DNA of 64,000 bases from Myxococcota bacterium (GCA_044344255.1 JBIJDH010000001.1:160001-224000); one strand, 5' to 3'; shown: positions 9,467 through 19,558, numbered from the stretch's first letter. Program-made: numbers and translations. The notes: generated by a model not told the origin, from the sequence alone.

Positions 9467-9970
9467 ATGATGCCGCTCGCCGAGCGCCTTCGTCACCTCT
9501 CGGAGGCCCAGGTCGTGGCGGTGTCCGCCTGCCTGCTCGGCGAGCCAGTCCGCTACGACGGTCGCCTGAAGGGAGACCCCCGCATCCTCGCCGCGCTCCA
9601 GGGCAAGGAGCTCCGCCCGCTCTGCCCCGAGGTGATGGGCGGCCTGCCCGTGCCCCGCCCGGCCATCGAGCTGCGCGGCGGAGATGGCGGCTCCGTGCTC
9701 GACGCCGACGCCCGCGCGATCGAGCTGCTCTCCGGCCATGATCAGACCGCGGCGATGGTGCGCGGGGCGATGGCCGCGCGGCGCGCCGCCGGCGAGGCCA
9801 CCGTCGCGATCTTGAAGGCCCGCAGCCCCTCCTGCGGGGTCGGGATGACCGCCATCGACGGCCGCGTCCAGCCCGGAGACGGCGTCACCGCGGCCCTGCT
9901 CGCCCGCGCCGGCCTCGTCCTCCTCACCGACGAGGAGCTCATCGCCTCGCTCTACCCTCCCGAAGGATGA
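9467..9970 (+). CDS. DUF523 / 2-thiouracil desulfidase (TudS)-like Fe-S protein
   Basis: SACLLGEPVRYDG, CPEVMGGLPVPR, LKARSPSCG, GDGVTAALL. Confidence 0.9.
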   Translation: MMPLAERLRHLSEAQVVAVSACLLGEPVRYDGRLKGDPRILAALQGKELRPLCPEVMGGLPVPRPAIELRGGDGGSVLDADARAIELLSGHDQTAAMVRGAMAARRAAGEATVAILKARSPSCGVGMTAIDGRVQPGDGVTAALLARAGLVLLTDEELIASLYPPEG

Positions 9971-10398
9971 CCCCCATGCCCGAGAAGGTCCAGAAGACCG
10001 AGGCCGAATGGCAGGCCGCCCTCAGCTCGATGCAGTTCGCCGTGCTCCGCCGCGCCGCCACCGAGCGCCCCTTCACCGGGCCCTGGCTCGACGAGGCGCG
10101 GCCCGGGCTCTACCGCTGCGCCGGCTGCGCGACCCCGCTCTTCCGGGCAGAGACCAAGTTCCACTCCGGCTGCGGCTGGCCGAGCTTCTTCGATGACCTG
10201 CGCGCCGGCGGGATCGTCATCCACCTTGACCGCAGTCATGGGATGGTCCGCGAAGAGATCTGCTGCGCCGCCTGCGACGGCCACCTCGGGCATGTGTTCA
10301 ATGACGGCCCCAAGCCCACCGGGCGCAGATACTGCGTAAACGGGGCCGCCCTCACCTTCCTCCCCGACCCACCCTCGTTCATCCCCGACCCACCCTAG
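9967..10398 (+). CDS. msrB: Peptide-methionine (R)-S-oxide reductase
   Basis: TERPFTG, two CxxC, KFHSGCGWPSF, GHLGHVFNDGP, RYCVNG. Confidence 0.96.
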   Translation: MTPMPEKVQKTEAEWQAALSSMQFAVLRRAATERPFTGPWLDEARPGLYRCAGCATPLFRAETKFHSGCGWPSFFDDLRAGGIVIHLDRSHGMVREEICCAACDGHLGHVFNDGPKPTGRRYCVNGAALTFLPDPPSFIPDPP

Positions 10399-10406
10399 GC
10401 AGCCCG

Positions 10407-12713
10407 GTGAACAGCCTGCTGATCAGCCTCCTCCTCGCCTGCCGGTCGGGCCCTTCGGGCGAGGCGCCGGGAGCCCGCCCCTCCGACGGTGACACCGCCC
10501 TCCGCCCGACCGACGCCCCCGTCGAGGCCCTCCCGAGCGCCTGCGAGGTCGCCGGCTGGCCCTCCCTCCGCCTCAATGAGCTCGTGGCCGCCAACCTCGA
10601 GGGCATCGCCGACGAAGACGGTGACCGCCCCGACTGGCTCGAGCTCTGGAACCCGAGCGAGACCCCGGTCGAGCTCACCGGCTGGGCGCTCGAGCCCGAG
10701 GGCGGCGAGCCTTGGCCCCTCCCCTCCCCTTCGCTCGGGGCGGGCGCGCACTGGCTGATCTTCGCATCCGGCAAGGATCGCCCCGGCGACCCCACGGCCG
10801 GCCTCGCCCCCCACAGCCCCTTCAAGCTGCCCGCCGAGTCCGCCGGCCTCCGCCTGCTCGCGCCCGACGGCTGCGCGATCGACTCGGCCCGGCCCGAGCG
10901 GCTGTACGGCGACGTCTCCTTCGGGCACCCGCTCTCCGACGACACCGAGTGGGCCTACTTCCTCGAGCCCACCCCCGGCGCGCCGAACGAGACGGAGTCC
11001 CGCCCGGGCTTCGCCGCTCCGCCGAGCTTGAGCCCCGGCGGGGGCGCCTACGCCGCCGGCCTGACCGTGGAGGCCACGAGCGTCGAGGCCGAGGCCACCC
11101 TCCGCTACACCCTCCAGGGCGACGAGCCCGACGAGGGGGCCCCCGAGGCCGCGGGCCCGATCCCCATCGACGCCGCCTCCCGCCCCATCCCCCTCCGCGT
11201 CCGCGCCTTTGTCCCCGGCCTCTGGCCGAGCCGCATCACCACGGCCACCTATACCCAGGGGTCGGCGCACCTCGCCGCGGGGATGAAGGCGGTCTTCCTC
11301 ACCTCGGACCCCGAGGGCCTCTTCAGCGACGAGACGGGGATCTACGCCTTCGGCGACAGCTACGAGCCCGACTACCCCTACTTCGGCGCCAATTTCTGGG
11401 AGGATTGGGAGCGGCCGGTGCACGTCGAGATCTGGGAGCCCGACGGCGAGAAGAGCCTCGACGCCGAGGCCGGCATCTCCATCCACGGCGGATACACCCG
11501 CGCCTTCGACCAGAAGAGCCTCCGCCTCTATGCGCGCTCCGCCTACGGTGAGGACAGCTTCGACGGCGACTTCTTCCCCCGCGAGGGCGAGCGGCGATAC
11601 GGCTCGCTGGTGCTCCAGATCGGGATGGACTGGTGCTCCACCCACATCATCGAGCCCTTCGCCGACGAGCTCTTCCGCGACGCTCGGGGCGCGCGCCTCG
11701 ACAGCATCGACATCGCGGCCTGGGAGCCCACCCAGGTGTGGATCAACGGCCACTACTGGGGCTACTACAACCTCCGCGAGCGGATGGACCCCGACTACAT
11801 CGAGAACCACCACGGGCTCGATCCGGAGGCCCTCGATCGCATGGAGCTCGGCTGGACCTCGGCGCCCCACTGGCAGCTCGAACAAGGCGACTGGGAGGCC
11901 TTCGACACGCTCAACGCCTACGTCCTCGCCCATGACCTCTCCGACCCCGCCGCCTACACCACCTTCACGACGATGGTCGACGCCGAGAACCTCGCCACCA
12001 CCGTGCTCGCGGAGGCCTACATGGGCAACACGGACTGGTGGTGGAACAACCTCCGCCTGTGGCGCCCCCACACGGTCGAGGGCCGGTTTCGCTGGTTCGT
12101 CTATGATCTCGGCCACGGCTGGGTGAGCCCCGGCTTCGACCAGCTCGGCACGAGCGTCACCTGGACCGGGGACGGCCTGCCCATCTCCGCCCCCCTGGCG
12201 AATGACCGCTTCCGCGACGAGCTGGCCAACCAGGCGGCCGATCTCCTCTCGACCAGCGCCGACAGCGCCGAGGCGGTGCGCCGTTTCGACGCCCTCGCCG
12301 CGCGGGTGGCCCCCGCGATGTCCGCTCAGCTCGACCGCTGGTGCGGCGGGGCCCCCCTCTCCGCCTGGGAGGCCAACCGAGACTATGCCCGCGGCTTCGT
12401 GTCGGCCCGCGGCCCCGTCCTCCGAGAGCAGGTGCGCAACCACCTCGCCCTCAGCGGCGACGTGACCCTCAGCCTCGCCACGAACGAGCCCGACGCCGCC
12501 ACCTTTGACCTCTCGCTGGTCGAGGTCGAGGCCCCCTACTCCGGGCTCCGCTATCGGGGCGTACCGCTCACGGTGACCGCCCTGCCCGCCGAGGGCTGGG
12601 TCTTCACCGGCTGGTCCGACGCCTCCCTCGGCGACACGCCCACGGTCACCCTCCCCCTCGGCGCGAACACCACGCTCACCGCGCTCTTGAGCCCGGCCCG
12701 CGGCGAGGAGTGA
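10407..12713 (+). CDS. Lipoprotein: lamin-tail domain + FN3/chitobiase-like domain + CotH kinase domain
   Basis: LLLAC; LNELVAAN..DWLELWN; PTPGAPN; RYTLQGDEP; WERPVHVE, QKSLRLYAR, INGHYWGYYNLRER, NTDW..NN, W..YD. Confidence 0.85.
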   Translation: MNSLLISLLLACRSGPSGEAPGARPSDGDTALRPTDAPVEALPSACEVAGWPSLRLNELVAANLEGIADEDGDRPDWLELWNPSETPVELTGWALEPEGGEPWPLPSPSLGAGAHWLIFASGKDRPGDPTAGLAPHSPFKLPAESAGLRLLAPDGCAIDSARPERLYGDVSFGHPLSDDTEWAYFLEPTPGAPNETESRPGFAAPPSLSPGGGAYAAGLTVEATSVEAEATLRYTLQGDEPDEGAPEAAGPIPIDAASRPIPLRVRAFVPGLWPSRITTATYTQGSAHLAAGMKAVFLTSDPEGLFSDETGIYAFGDSYEPDYPYFGANFWEDWERPVHVEIWEPDGEKSLDAEAGISIHGGYTRAFDQKSLRLYARSAYGEDSFDGDFFPREGERRYGSLVLQIGMDWCSTHIIEPFADELFRDARGARLDSIDIAAWEPTQVWINGHYWGYYNLRERMDPDYIENHHGLDPEALDRMELGWTSAPHWQLEQGDWEAFDTLNAYVLAHDLSDPAAYTTFTTMVDAENLATTVLAEAYMGNTDWWWNNLRLWRPHTVEGRFRWFVYDLGHGWVSPGFDQLGTSVTWTGDGLPISAPLANDRFRDELANQAADLLSTSADSAEAVRRFDALAARVAPAMSAQLDRWCGGAPLSAWEANRDYARGFVSARGPVLREQVRNHLALSGDVTLSLATNEPDAATFDLSLVEVEAPYSGLRYRGVPLTVTALPAEGWVFTGWSDASLGDTPTVTLPLGANTTLTALLSPARGEE

Positions 12714-14199
12714 CCGACGCCCTTGGGCGGCGACGACCGAGGGCCACGGTGAGGGACAGGCCGAGGGACAGGCCGAAGGAGAAGAGGCCCGCCCCGACCG
12801 GGGACGCGCTCGCGCAGCCGCAGCCGCCCTTCCCCTCTCCCTGCCCGTCGGCAGCGGCCCCGCCGTCGCCGCTGTCGGCGTCCGTGTCGGCGTCCGTGTC
12901 GGCGTCCGTGTCGGCGTCCGTGTCGGCGTCCGTGTCGGCGTCCCCCTCGCCCGACGCAGAGGGGTGGACGACGGTGGTGTCACAGGGGGTGTCGGTCGTG
13001 TACTCGAGCGCGCCGCCGTCGGGCGCGTCGTCGCGAGGGGCGCCGCAGAAGTCGAGGTCGAGCCCGGCGATAGGGGAGAGGGCGTCCTTTAAGCCGGGGT
13101 CATGGAGGAGGGTGAAGTCGAGGGCCTCCGGCGCCACATAAACATCGACGAGGTCGAGGCCGGCCCAGTTCATGCCAAGGGCGGCGGTGCCACCGTCCCG
13201 CTCCCGAATGGCCCCGTCGAGGACATTTCCTTCGACCGAGACCGTGCTCGCCGGGTAGCGCACGTCCACGCCGCTCGTGTCATAGAGGATGTTGGCGGTG
13301 ACCGCGGAGTCTGCGGCCTCGTTGAGATAGACGCCGACGTCATTACAGCCGGCGATGATGTTGTTTTGGATGCGGCCCCGCTGGTGCTCGGGGCTGCAGG
13401 TGCCGTCTTCGCAGATGCTGTCGGGGCTGGTGCCGCCGCCGCCGAGGGAGAGGCCCACCCGCACGCCGCCAGAGAAGGCGTCCGCGCAGAGGACGAGGTT
13501 CCGCTCGAAGAGGCCGTCCTTGGAGTTGCCCTTGAAGAAGGCGGCGTAGCTCACCGTGTCACCCTCCCCCTTCTCGAAGTCGGCGATGCGGTTGGCCACC
13601 ACCCGCCAGCGCTGCCCGCCCACGACGTCGATCTTGGTCACCGGGTTGGAGGTCATCCGCGGACGGGTGTCGTGTATGTCATTGCCCTCGATCACCACGT
13701 CATCGGGCCAGGCATAGGCCCCGTCGATCTCCTCTCCGTTCCCCTTGATCTGGGCGTTGAAGTCAATCAGGCTACAGTCCCGCACCTCGGTGCCCTCGGC
13801 GGCGCCGACGATGTGGAGCGCGTGCTCACAGTCGCTGTCCTCCGCGCAGACCCCCTCCATGCGGACGTCGGTGATGTGCCAGTAGGGCGCCCGCACCTTG
13901 ATCGCCTCCACCGTGTCCGACTGGAGGGTGGCGCCATCGCCGTCGAGGGTGATCGGGGCCTCGGCGCTGCCGACCGCGTCGAGCAGCAGGCTGCTCTCGA
14001 GGAGGTACGTCCCCGGCGAGAGCCGGACGGTGTCCCCGGGGGCGGCCGCCGCGACGGCGGCGCGGAGGGCCTCCACATCTCCGACGAGGAGCTCGGCGGC
14101 CTCGGCCTCGGAGAGGCCGACGGACAGCCCGACGGACAGCCCGACGGACAAGAGGAGCGCGAGGAGTCCGGAGCGTGGGCGGGTAGATCGGGGCTGCAT
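12676..14199 (-). CDS. Secreted right-handed beta-helix (pectin-lyase-like) protein with DADT linker and MYXO-CTERM-like tail
   Basis: Signal peptide; AAPGDTVRLSPGTY; parallel beta-helix repeats; C-terminal KGGCGCAS + hydrophobic helix + RRR. Confidence 0.8.
   Translation of the reverse strand: MQPRSTRPRSGLLALLLSVGLSVGLSVGLSEAEAAELLVGDVEALRAAVAAAAPGDTVRLSPGTYLLESSLLLDAVGSAEAPITLDGDGATLQSDTVEAIKVRAPYWHITDVRMEGVCAEDSDCEHALHIVGAAEGTEVRDCSLIDFNAQIKGNGEEIDGAYAWPDDVVIEGNDIHDTRPRMTSNPVTKIDVVGGQRWRVVANRIADFEKGEGDTVSYAAFFKGNSKDGLFERNLVLCADAFSGGVRVGLSLGGGGTSPDSICEDGTCSPEHQRGRIQNNIIAGCNDVGVYLNEAADSAVTANILYDTSGVDVRYPASTVSVEGNVLDGAIRERDGGTAALGMNWAGLDLVDVYVAPEALDFTLLHDPGLKDALSPIAGLDLDFCGAPRDDAPDGGALEYTTDTPCDTTVVHPSASGEGDADTDADTDADTDADTDADTDADSGDGGAAADGQGEGKGGCGCASASPVGAGLFSFGLSLGLSLTVALGRRRPRASVTPRRGPGSRAR
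12874..12943. repeat. 12-bp coding tandem repeat (DADT), about 5.8 copies
   Basis: gtcggcgtccgt units. Confidence 0.92.
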
Positions 14200-14292
14200 G
14201 GCCCCATCATGCCAGATGCGGATGTCCGGTGAGCTGATCCCGCTCAGCTCCGGCCCGCCCGCGCGGCGGTGGGGCCGCGCTACCCTGACCTC

Positions 14293-14877
14293 ATGACTCG
14301 CCGGGCCCTCCAGTCCACGCCTCGTGGCCTCTCCACTCCACCGCTCCGCCGGCGCCGCGGGGGGGCCGCCTCGATGGGGGGCGCCCTGCTCGCCCTCGCC
14401 TGCGGGGCGCCCGGGGAGGACGAGCCGTCGGTCACCCCCGAGGACAGCGGAGAGGCCGCTCCCCTCATCCTCCCCACCCACAATGAGTGTCGCCCGGAGC
14501 CCATCTCCGAGGAGATCTGTCGCGCGGTCATCGAGGAGGACGGCAAGCAGCCCACGGTGAGCGAGCACAAGAGCGGGATCGGCCCCGACCCCCACGACCC
14601 TCGCGCCGAAGACCCGGAGCTCCTCTGGCTCCACGGGGAGATCCAGCGCTGCGCCTGCGCCTGCTGCCACACCCGCTCCTGGGGTGGGCCCGGGGTCTAT
14701 CACTGGGATCTCGAGTGGTCCCCCGTCTGGATCGACAGCGCCTCGAGCTGGACCCTCGGCGTCCTCCGCGGCGACACCGAGAACCCCGACCGCACCTTTC
14801 TCTTCGAAGACCGCGAGAGAGTGGATGCGATCCTCACCGCCGAGATCGACCGCCGGCGCGACGAAGACGCTCCCTGA
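14293..14877 (+). CDS. Hypothetical Cys-rich lipoprotein with a CxxCH motif
   Basis: LLALAC lipobox; RCACACCHT; start uncertain. Confidence 0.65.
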   Translation: MTRRALQSTPRGLSTPPLRRRRGGAASMGGALLALACGAPGEDEPSVTPEDSGEAAPLILPTHNECRPEPISEEICRAVIEEDGKQPTVSEHKSGIGPDPHDPRAEDPELLWLHGEIQRCACACCHTRSWGGPGVYHWDLEWSPVWIDSASSWTLGVLRGDTENPDRTFLFEDRERVDAILTAEIDRRRDEDAP

Positions 14878-14883
14878 GTCGGC

Positions 14884-16254
14884 CTATCGAGCGCCGCAGG
14901 CCCCCATCGCCGCAGGGCCGAGGTCCGGGCGCGGAGCGGCCCCGCGGAGACCATCGACGAGCACCTGAACCGCAGGGATCGGCCCCTCGGCCGACGCGGC
15001 CCAGAGGCCCTGATCGCGGAAGTGCTGCCAGGCGGCCGCGAGGCTGAGCGCGGGGTCGGTCCGATCGGCCTCGGGGAGCCGCGACACCGCCTCGGCGTAC
15101 TCCCGCTGGAGCGCGGCCGGCGAGAGCCCCTCGGTGGGCGCGGGGCCAGCGGGACAGAAGAGGGCCGTGAATTCGGCCCGGTAGGCGTCGGGGTCACGCT
15201 GATAGAGCATCCCCATGGCCAGGACGGCGAGCAGCGGGTCCTCCCCCTGTCGGATCGCGAGGAGGAAGCGCGTATCACCCGGGACGAACTTCTCCTGTAA
15301 GATCCGCCGTAGCTGCACCTTTTGGGGTAGGGTCGGATAGGGCGGCGGGGCGGCGACGAGCGGGCTCGTCGCGATGACCTCCGCGCAGAAGGCCGGCGGG
15401 CGGTCCCGCTCCCCCACCCAGGAGCACTGGGCATAGACGCTGCCCTCGGCGTCCGAGACCAGCGCCCCGAGCACGGCGGTGGTGTCCCGGCCGCTCGTGT
15501 TGAGGTTCTGCACGTGCATACAGAGCCCCTTTCGCCCGAAGACGGTGCAGGAGACCTCGGTGGTGCTGGAGCGCAGGCCGAGGGGCTCGAGCTGATCTCG
15601 GTAGCCCTGCAACATCTGCGCGCGGGGATCGACGGGCGGCAGCTCGAGGTCCTCACGGAGGTTGAGGAGGTCGAGGCCGCAGCGCACGCTCCTGTCTCCA
15701 GGCGTGGGCGCGGTGACGATACAGCCGGTGGGCACGGTGAGGCGCTCCCCCACGAAGCGCGGGCGGGGAGCGCCCCCGTCGCGGAGCTCGGGGAGCCCCC
15801 CCTCGCTCAAGGCCTGAAAGAGCGCCGCCGCGCGCGCGCCTGCGTCGTCGGGCCCCTCCGCGCCCCCCTCCGCCCCGCCGACCGGGCCGCAGCCGACCAC
15901 CCGCCCGCGGCCCCCGGCGCCGGGCTCGCGCTGCACCCGGAGGAGCTGTCCGCCCGGCTCCTGGAAGGCCCCGTCGGGGCGCTGGGGGGCGCGGTCGGCG
16001 TCAAAGCGGCGGCCCGTGACGTCGAAGAGGAGCTCGGCGTCGGGCACGCCGACCGCATCGACGAAGGCCTCGGAGGCACACTCGACCCCCGGGCACCGAA
16101 GCACCACGCCCAAGGGTGTCGGCTGGGCGCTGCAGTCCGCCCACAGACCCCGCCCGATGCGGGCCGGCGCCGCCTCCGCCGCGCCGCCGATCCCGATCAG
16201 CAGGGCCCCGCCCACCCAGGGGCCCCAGCCCCGGCCTCCGCCTGACGCGCCCAT
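14884..16254 (-). CDS. Hypothetical exported protein
   Basis: 456-aa ORF filling the gap between called genes; N-terminal signal-like segment; several Cys. Confidence 0.6.
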   Translation of the reverse strand: MGASGGGRGWGPWVGGALLIGIGGAAEAAPARIGRGLWADCSAQPTPLGVVLRCPGVECASEAFVDAVGVPDAELLFDVTGRRFDADRAPQRPDGAFQEPGGQLLRVQREPGAGGRGRVVGCGPVGGAEGGAEGPDDAGARAAALFQALSEGGLPELRDGGAPRPRFVGERLTVPTGCIVTAPTPGDRSVRCGLDLLNLREDLELPPVDPRAQMLQGYRDQLEPLGLRSSTTEVSCTVFGRKGLCMHVQNLNTSGRDTTAVLGALVSDAEGSVYAQCSWVGERDRPPAFCAEVIATSPLVAAPPPYPTLPQKVQLRRILQEKFVPGDTRFLLAIRQGEDPLLAVLAMGMLYQRDPDAYRAEFTALFCPAGPAPTEGLSPAALQREYAEAVSRLPEADRTDPALSLAAAWQHFRDQGLWAASAEGPIPAVQVLVDGLRGAAPRPDLGPAAMGACGAR

Positions 16255-16321
16255 TCACGGCCCCCTCGCTCGAGTCCGCCGCTCCTCTCCCGCCGCGGCG
16301 ACGCCGTCAAGGTCTACCCGT

Positions 16322-19300
16322 TCACGGCGAATACAGGCCCGCCGCGCGGAGCTGCTCGATCAGAATGTCCGTGCGCCGCGGGAAGTAGTCGGTCATCAGG
16401 CGGTCATACTCGGCCTGCCACTCGACGTCGCGGCTGTAGGGGACGGCGCGGAAGGTGTCACCCCAGCGGGCCGACTCCCCGAGCAGGGCGCCGTGGATCT
16501 CGTCTGCCCTCGCGGCATATCGGGCGGCGGCGAGCTCTGGGCTGAGCGCCCCGCCGGGCCCGAGGTGGGCGTGGGCGCGCTCGGAGTAGCGGGCGCGGAA
16601 GTCCGCGTTGTCGCGGAGCCGGGTGTAGACGTGGGAGATCGAGCCCGAGACGTCGATCTCGAGGTTGGTGGTGTCGGCCGCATCCCAGAGGCTGTACTCC
16701 ATGTCCCAGACAAAGAAGCGGAACTGCTCTCCGCTCACCCGCCGCCGCAGCCCCCGCATGTTGTTGCTGGCGGCGCAGCAGGGGCCGTCGCGGTTGACGA
16801 CATACTGGTGGATCAGCATGTAGTCGATGAGGTCGTCGAGATCGAGCATCTCCTCGACGGCGGCGAGGCCGGCCGCCGTGCTCAGATCCGCCTCGGAGCG
16901 GGAGAGGAGCTCATTGTAAGCGTCGAGGGTGCCGTCCACGGCCTCGTTCGTCACCGTGCGCCGGTTGATGGCGTCGTACTCGTCGGCCTCTCCGCCCAGG
17001 TACTCGGCGCCGAAGTCGGCCTCGGGGCGCTCGACCGGGTTGTACAGGCCCCAATAGAGCCCGTTCAGATAGAGGTGCACGTAGGTGGCGTGCCCGTCGA
17101 GCTTGCCCATGTCCCGCGCCGTGTCACGGGCGAAGCTGTCGTGCAGATACTGGGCCTGCTCGGGGTCACGGAAGTCAAGCCAGGTCTTGCTGCCGCCGGC
17201 CCGCAGCACGATGCTGTCGAACCGTTCGACCGGCGAGTCCTCGAAGATGGGGTGCTCCAGCTTCGTGGGGCCATAGTCCGAGTTGAACTCGAGGCGCAGT
17301 GAGTGCTTGGGCGTGGTCGACGACGCCCGCCAGCCGTACCCGTGCACCCGCAGCCCGCAGTCCTCCTGAAAGAGCGTGGAGCCGTCGGGGAGGATCCACT
17401 CGACCGAGACCGCGCGCTCCCACTCGCCGCCGCGCTCGGTGCTGTTCTCATAGACCCCGGTGGGGCCGAAGAGCGAGCTCGCCTCGGTGACGATGGAGAG
17501 GGTCGGGATAGACCGCAGGCCCTCCTTCACGGCCTCGGGATCGAGGTCGACGACGTCGGGGTCCATCTCGTAATCGCCGGTCACCGGGCTGTCCCCCACG
17601 CCGTCCCAGACGGTCGGCCAGCCCGCAGGGGCCGCTGGCTGATGGATCACGTCCTCGAGGAACAAGTAGCTGTGGGTCGCGACCCCGCTCGGGGCGTAGC
17701 CCTCTCGGAGGGCGGCGGCGCGGAGGGTGGCCGTGGTGTCGATCTCCAGGGCTGCGATCGCCCGCTCCTCGGCGCCGCTCGGCGCCACGACGGTCCCGTT
17801 CGTCCAAGAGGGCGCGGAGCCGTCGGTGGTGTAGACCAGGGAGGCACCGGGTGTGGCGCTCTCGATCTGCACGGTCAGCGGCTCTTCATAGAAGCCGCGC
17901 GGCGGATCGAAGGATGGCTCAGCGGCGAAGCCGAGGACGCCTGTCCCGTTCGGCTCGCCGGGAGTGGGCGCCTCGAAGTAGGCGGGCCCGCCGGTCTCGA
18001 TCCACTCGAGGCTCAGGGTGGCGTCGAGCAGCAGGTCATCGGTGTCCGCGTTCTGGAGCTCGACGGCGATGACCCGCTCGCCCTCTGGGAAGAGGCGGGG
18101 ATCGAGGGACCAGCGCTCTTCCAAGAGGCCGTCATGTTCGGCCGTGGCCACCCCGTCGCCGGCCTGGAGCTCGAGCACAGAGACCCCGTCGATCCAGAGC
18201 CTCAGCCCGTCATCGTAGCGGAGCCGGAGCGAGACACGGGTGGGGAGCCCGACGACCGGCAGGCGGGCGCGGACATAGACCGGGGACGCCGGCACCTCGG
18301 TGTCGATCCACGCCGCATAGGGCGCCGCCGGCGCGCCGGTCACGACGACCTCACCGAGCGACATCCACTCGCTCCGGTAGCTGCTCACCGCGGTCTTCGA
18401 GACGCGCACCGCAGAGGCGACCACGTCGGGCTCGATCGCCACATCGAGCTGGGCCCCGGGATCGGGCGGGATGTCCCCCTCGGCGACCGGGTTCAGCACC
18501 GCGGAGGTCCAGACGACGGCGCCGTCGCCGTCGAGCGCGGTCACCACGACGTTGTAGAGGCGCTCGGGGCAACAGCCCACCCGATTGAAGAGGGTGATGT
18601 CCGACACGGTGGAGGGCCCCTCCAGGCTCACCTCCCACCAGGGGCTGAGGTCGCCATCCCCCGTGTGGGTAAAAGAGAGGGGATCGCCGTCGACCGCCTG
18701 AGCGCCCGTGTATCCGTATCCGTCCGAAGACTGGGCGGTGGGGCGCGCGAAGGCGAGGTTGACAGGGTCCCCCCCGCCGGCCACCGAGCCGTCGAAGCCG
18801 AGGGCCAGGGTGCCCTCGGTCCAGCCGAGATCGTCGTGGTCGGGGAGGGTCCAGCCGTCCTCGGGGCCAAGGGTGAAGCGCACCGCGTCGCCGCGATCGA
18901 GCGGGGTCTCGGCGGTGACGGTCTGGGACAGGCCGTAGGCGACGTCGCGGTCGAGGGCGGGCAGCGCGAGCATGGACACCAGGGCACCCTCCGCGTCGCG
19001 CAGGGTGAGCGTCTCTCCGCCAGAGTCAAGGCGAAAGGGGGCGTGGAGCTCACCCGCCGACCCACCCTCCCCCTTCCCGGAGGCGAAGACGAGCGGGAAG
19101 CTCCCCGCGGCGCGCTCGCCGGCCGGGAAGGTCAGGGTCGCCTCGCCGTCTCCGCGGAGGGTCCAGCCGCCGAGGTCGATGGGCTCGGGGCCGGGGACGA
19201 AGAGCTCGACCCAGTCGCTGTGATCGCCGTCCCCGTCGGTGAGCCCCTCGTCGTTGTCGCTCACCGCCTCGTTGAGGAGGACGAGGCCGCTCGGCCGCTC

Positions 19301-19513
19301 CACCCCGGTGTCATCGGCCGGCGGTGTGTCGGGCGCGTCGCTGTCGAGCGGTGAGGTGTCGGGGACCGGGCTGTCCTGGCCGGAGACCTTGCCCGGGCCC
19401 GACCCCGCGCCCCCGCACGCGACGAGGGCGCCCGTGAGCAGGGCGGTCCAGGCGAGGGCCCCAAGGCGGGGCGTCCCAGGTGAGATCCGATGTGAGAGGC
19501 GGGTGTCGGGCAT
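16322..19513 (-). CDS. Lipoprotein: lamin-tail + F5/8 (fucolectin-like) + chitobiase-like + CotH kinase domains
   Basis: ALVAC; LNEAVSDN..SDWVELF; NLAFARPTAQSS..AVDG..THT..PWWEV..NRVGCCPERL; YTTDGSAP; WERAVSVE, KHSLRL, YLNGLYWGLYNPVER, N.D..NN, WDME. Confidence 0.87.
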   Translation of the reverse strand: MPDTRLSHRISPGTPRLGALAWTALLTGALVACGGAGSGPGKVSGQDSPVPDTSPLDSDAPDTPPADDTGVERPSGLVLLNEAVSDNDEGLTDGDGDHSDWVELFVPGPEPIDLGGWTLRGDGEATLTFPAGERAAGSFPLVFASGKGEGGSAGELHAPFRLDSGGETLTLRDAEGALVSMLALPALDRDVAYGLSQTVTAETPLDRGDAVRFTLGPEDGWTLPDHDDLGWTEGTLALGFDGSVAGGGDPVNLAFARPTAQSSDGYGYTGAQAVDGDPLSFTHTGDGDLSPWWEVSLEGPSTVSDITLFNRVGCCPERLYNVVVTALDGDGAVVWTSAVLNPVAEGDIPPDPGAQLDVAIEPDVVASAVRVSKTAVSSYRSEWMSLGEVVVTGAPAAPYAAWIDTEVPASPVYVRARLPVVGLPTRVSLRLRYDDGLRLWIDGVSVLELQAGDGVATAEHDGLLEERWSLDPRLFPEGERVIAVELQNADTDDLLLDATLSLEWIETGGPAYFEAPTPGEPNGTGVLGFAAEPSFDPPRGFYEEPLTVQIESATPGASLVYTTDGSAPSWTNGTVVAPSGAEERAIAALEIDTTATLRAAALREGYAPSGVATHSYLFLEDVIHQPAAPAGWPTVWDGVGDSPVTGDYEMDPDVVDLDPEAVKEGLRSIPTLSIVTEASSLFGPTGVYENSTERGGEWERAVSVEWILPDGSTLFQEDCGLRVHGYGWRASSTTPKHSLRLEFNSDYGPTKLEHPIFEDSPVERFDSIVLRAGGSKTWLDFRDPEQAQYLHDSFARDTARDMGKLDGHATYVHLYLNGLYWGLYNPVERPEADFGAEYLGGEADEYDAINRRTVTNEAVDGTLDAYNELLSRSEADLSTAAGLAAVEEMLDLDDLIDYMLIHQYVVNRDGPCCAASNNMRGLRRRVSGEQFRFFVWDMEYSLWDAADTTNLEIDVSGSISHVYTRLRDNADFRARYSERAHAHLGPGGALSPELAAARYAARADEIHGALLGESARWGDTFRAVPYSRDVEWQAEYDRLMTDYFPRRTDILIEQLRAAGLYSP

Positions 19514-19558
19514 GCGCTCGACTGTACTCGACAGGCGGAGCGCCGGCGCCCCGGCACC

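Noticed and set aside
10395..12983. 862-aa - strand ORF with RTPT repeats
   Set aside because: Shadow of the CotH gene; the repeats are an alternate frame of the DADT tract
17303..19354. 683-aa + strand ORF
   Set aside because: Antisense shadow of the 1063-aa CotH gene
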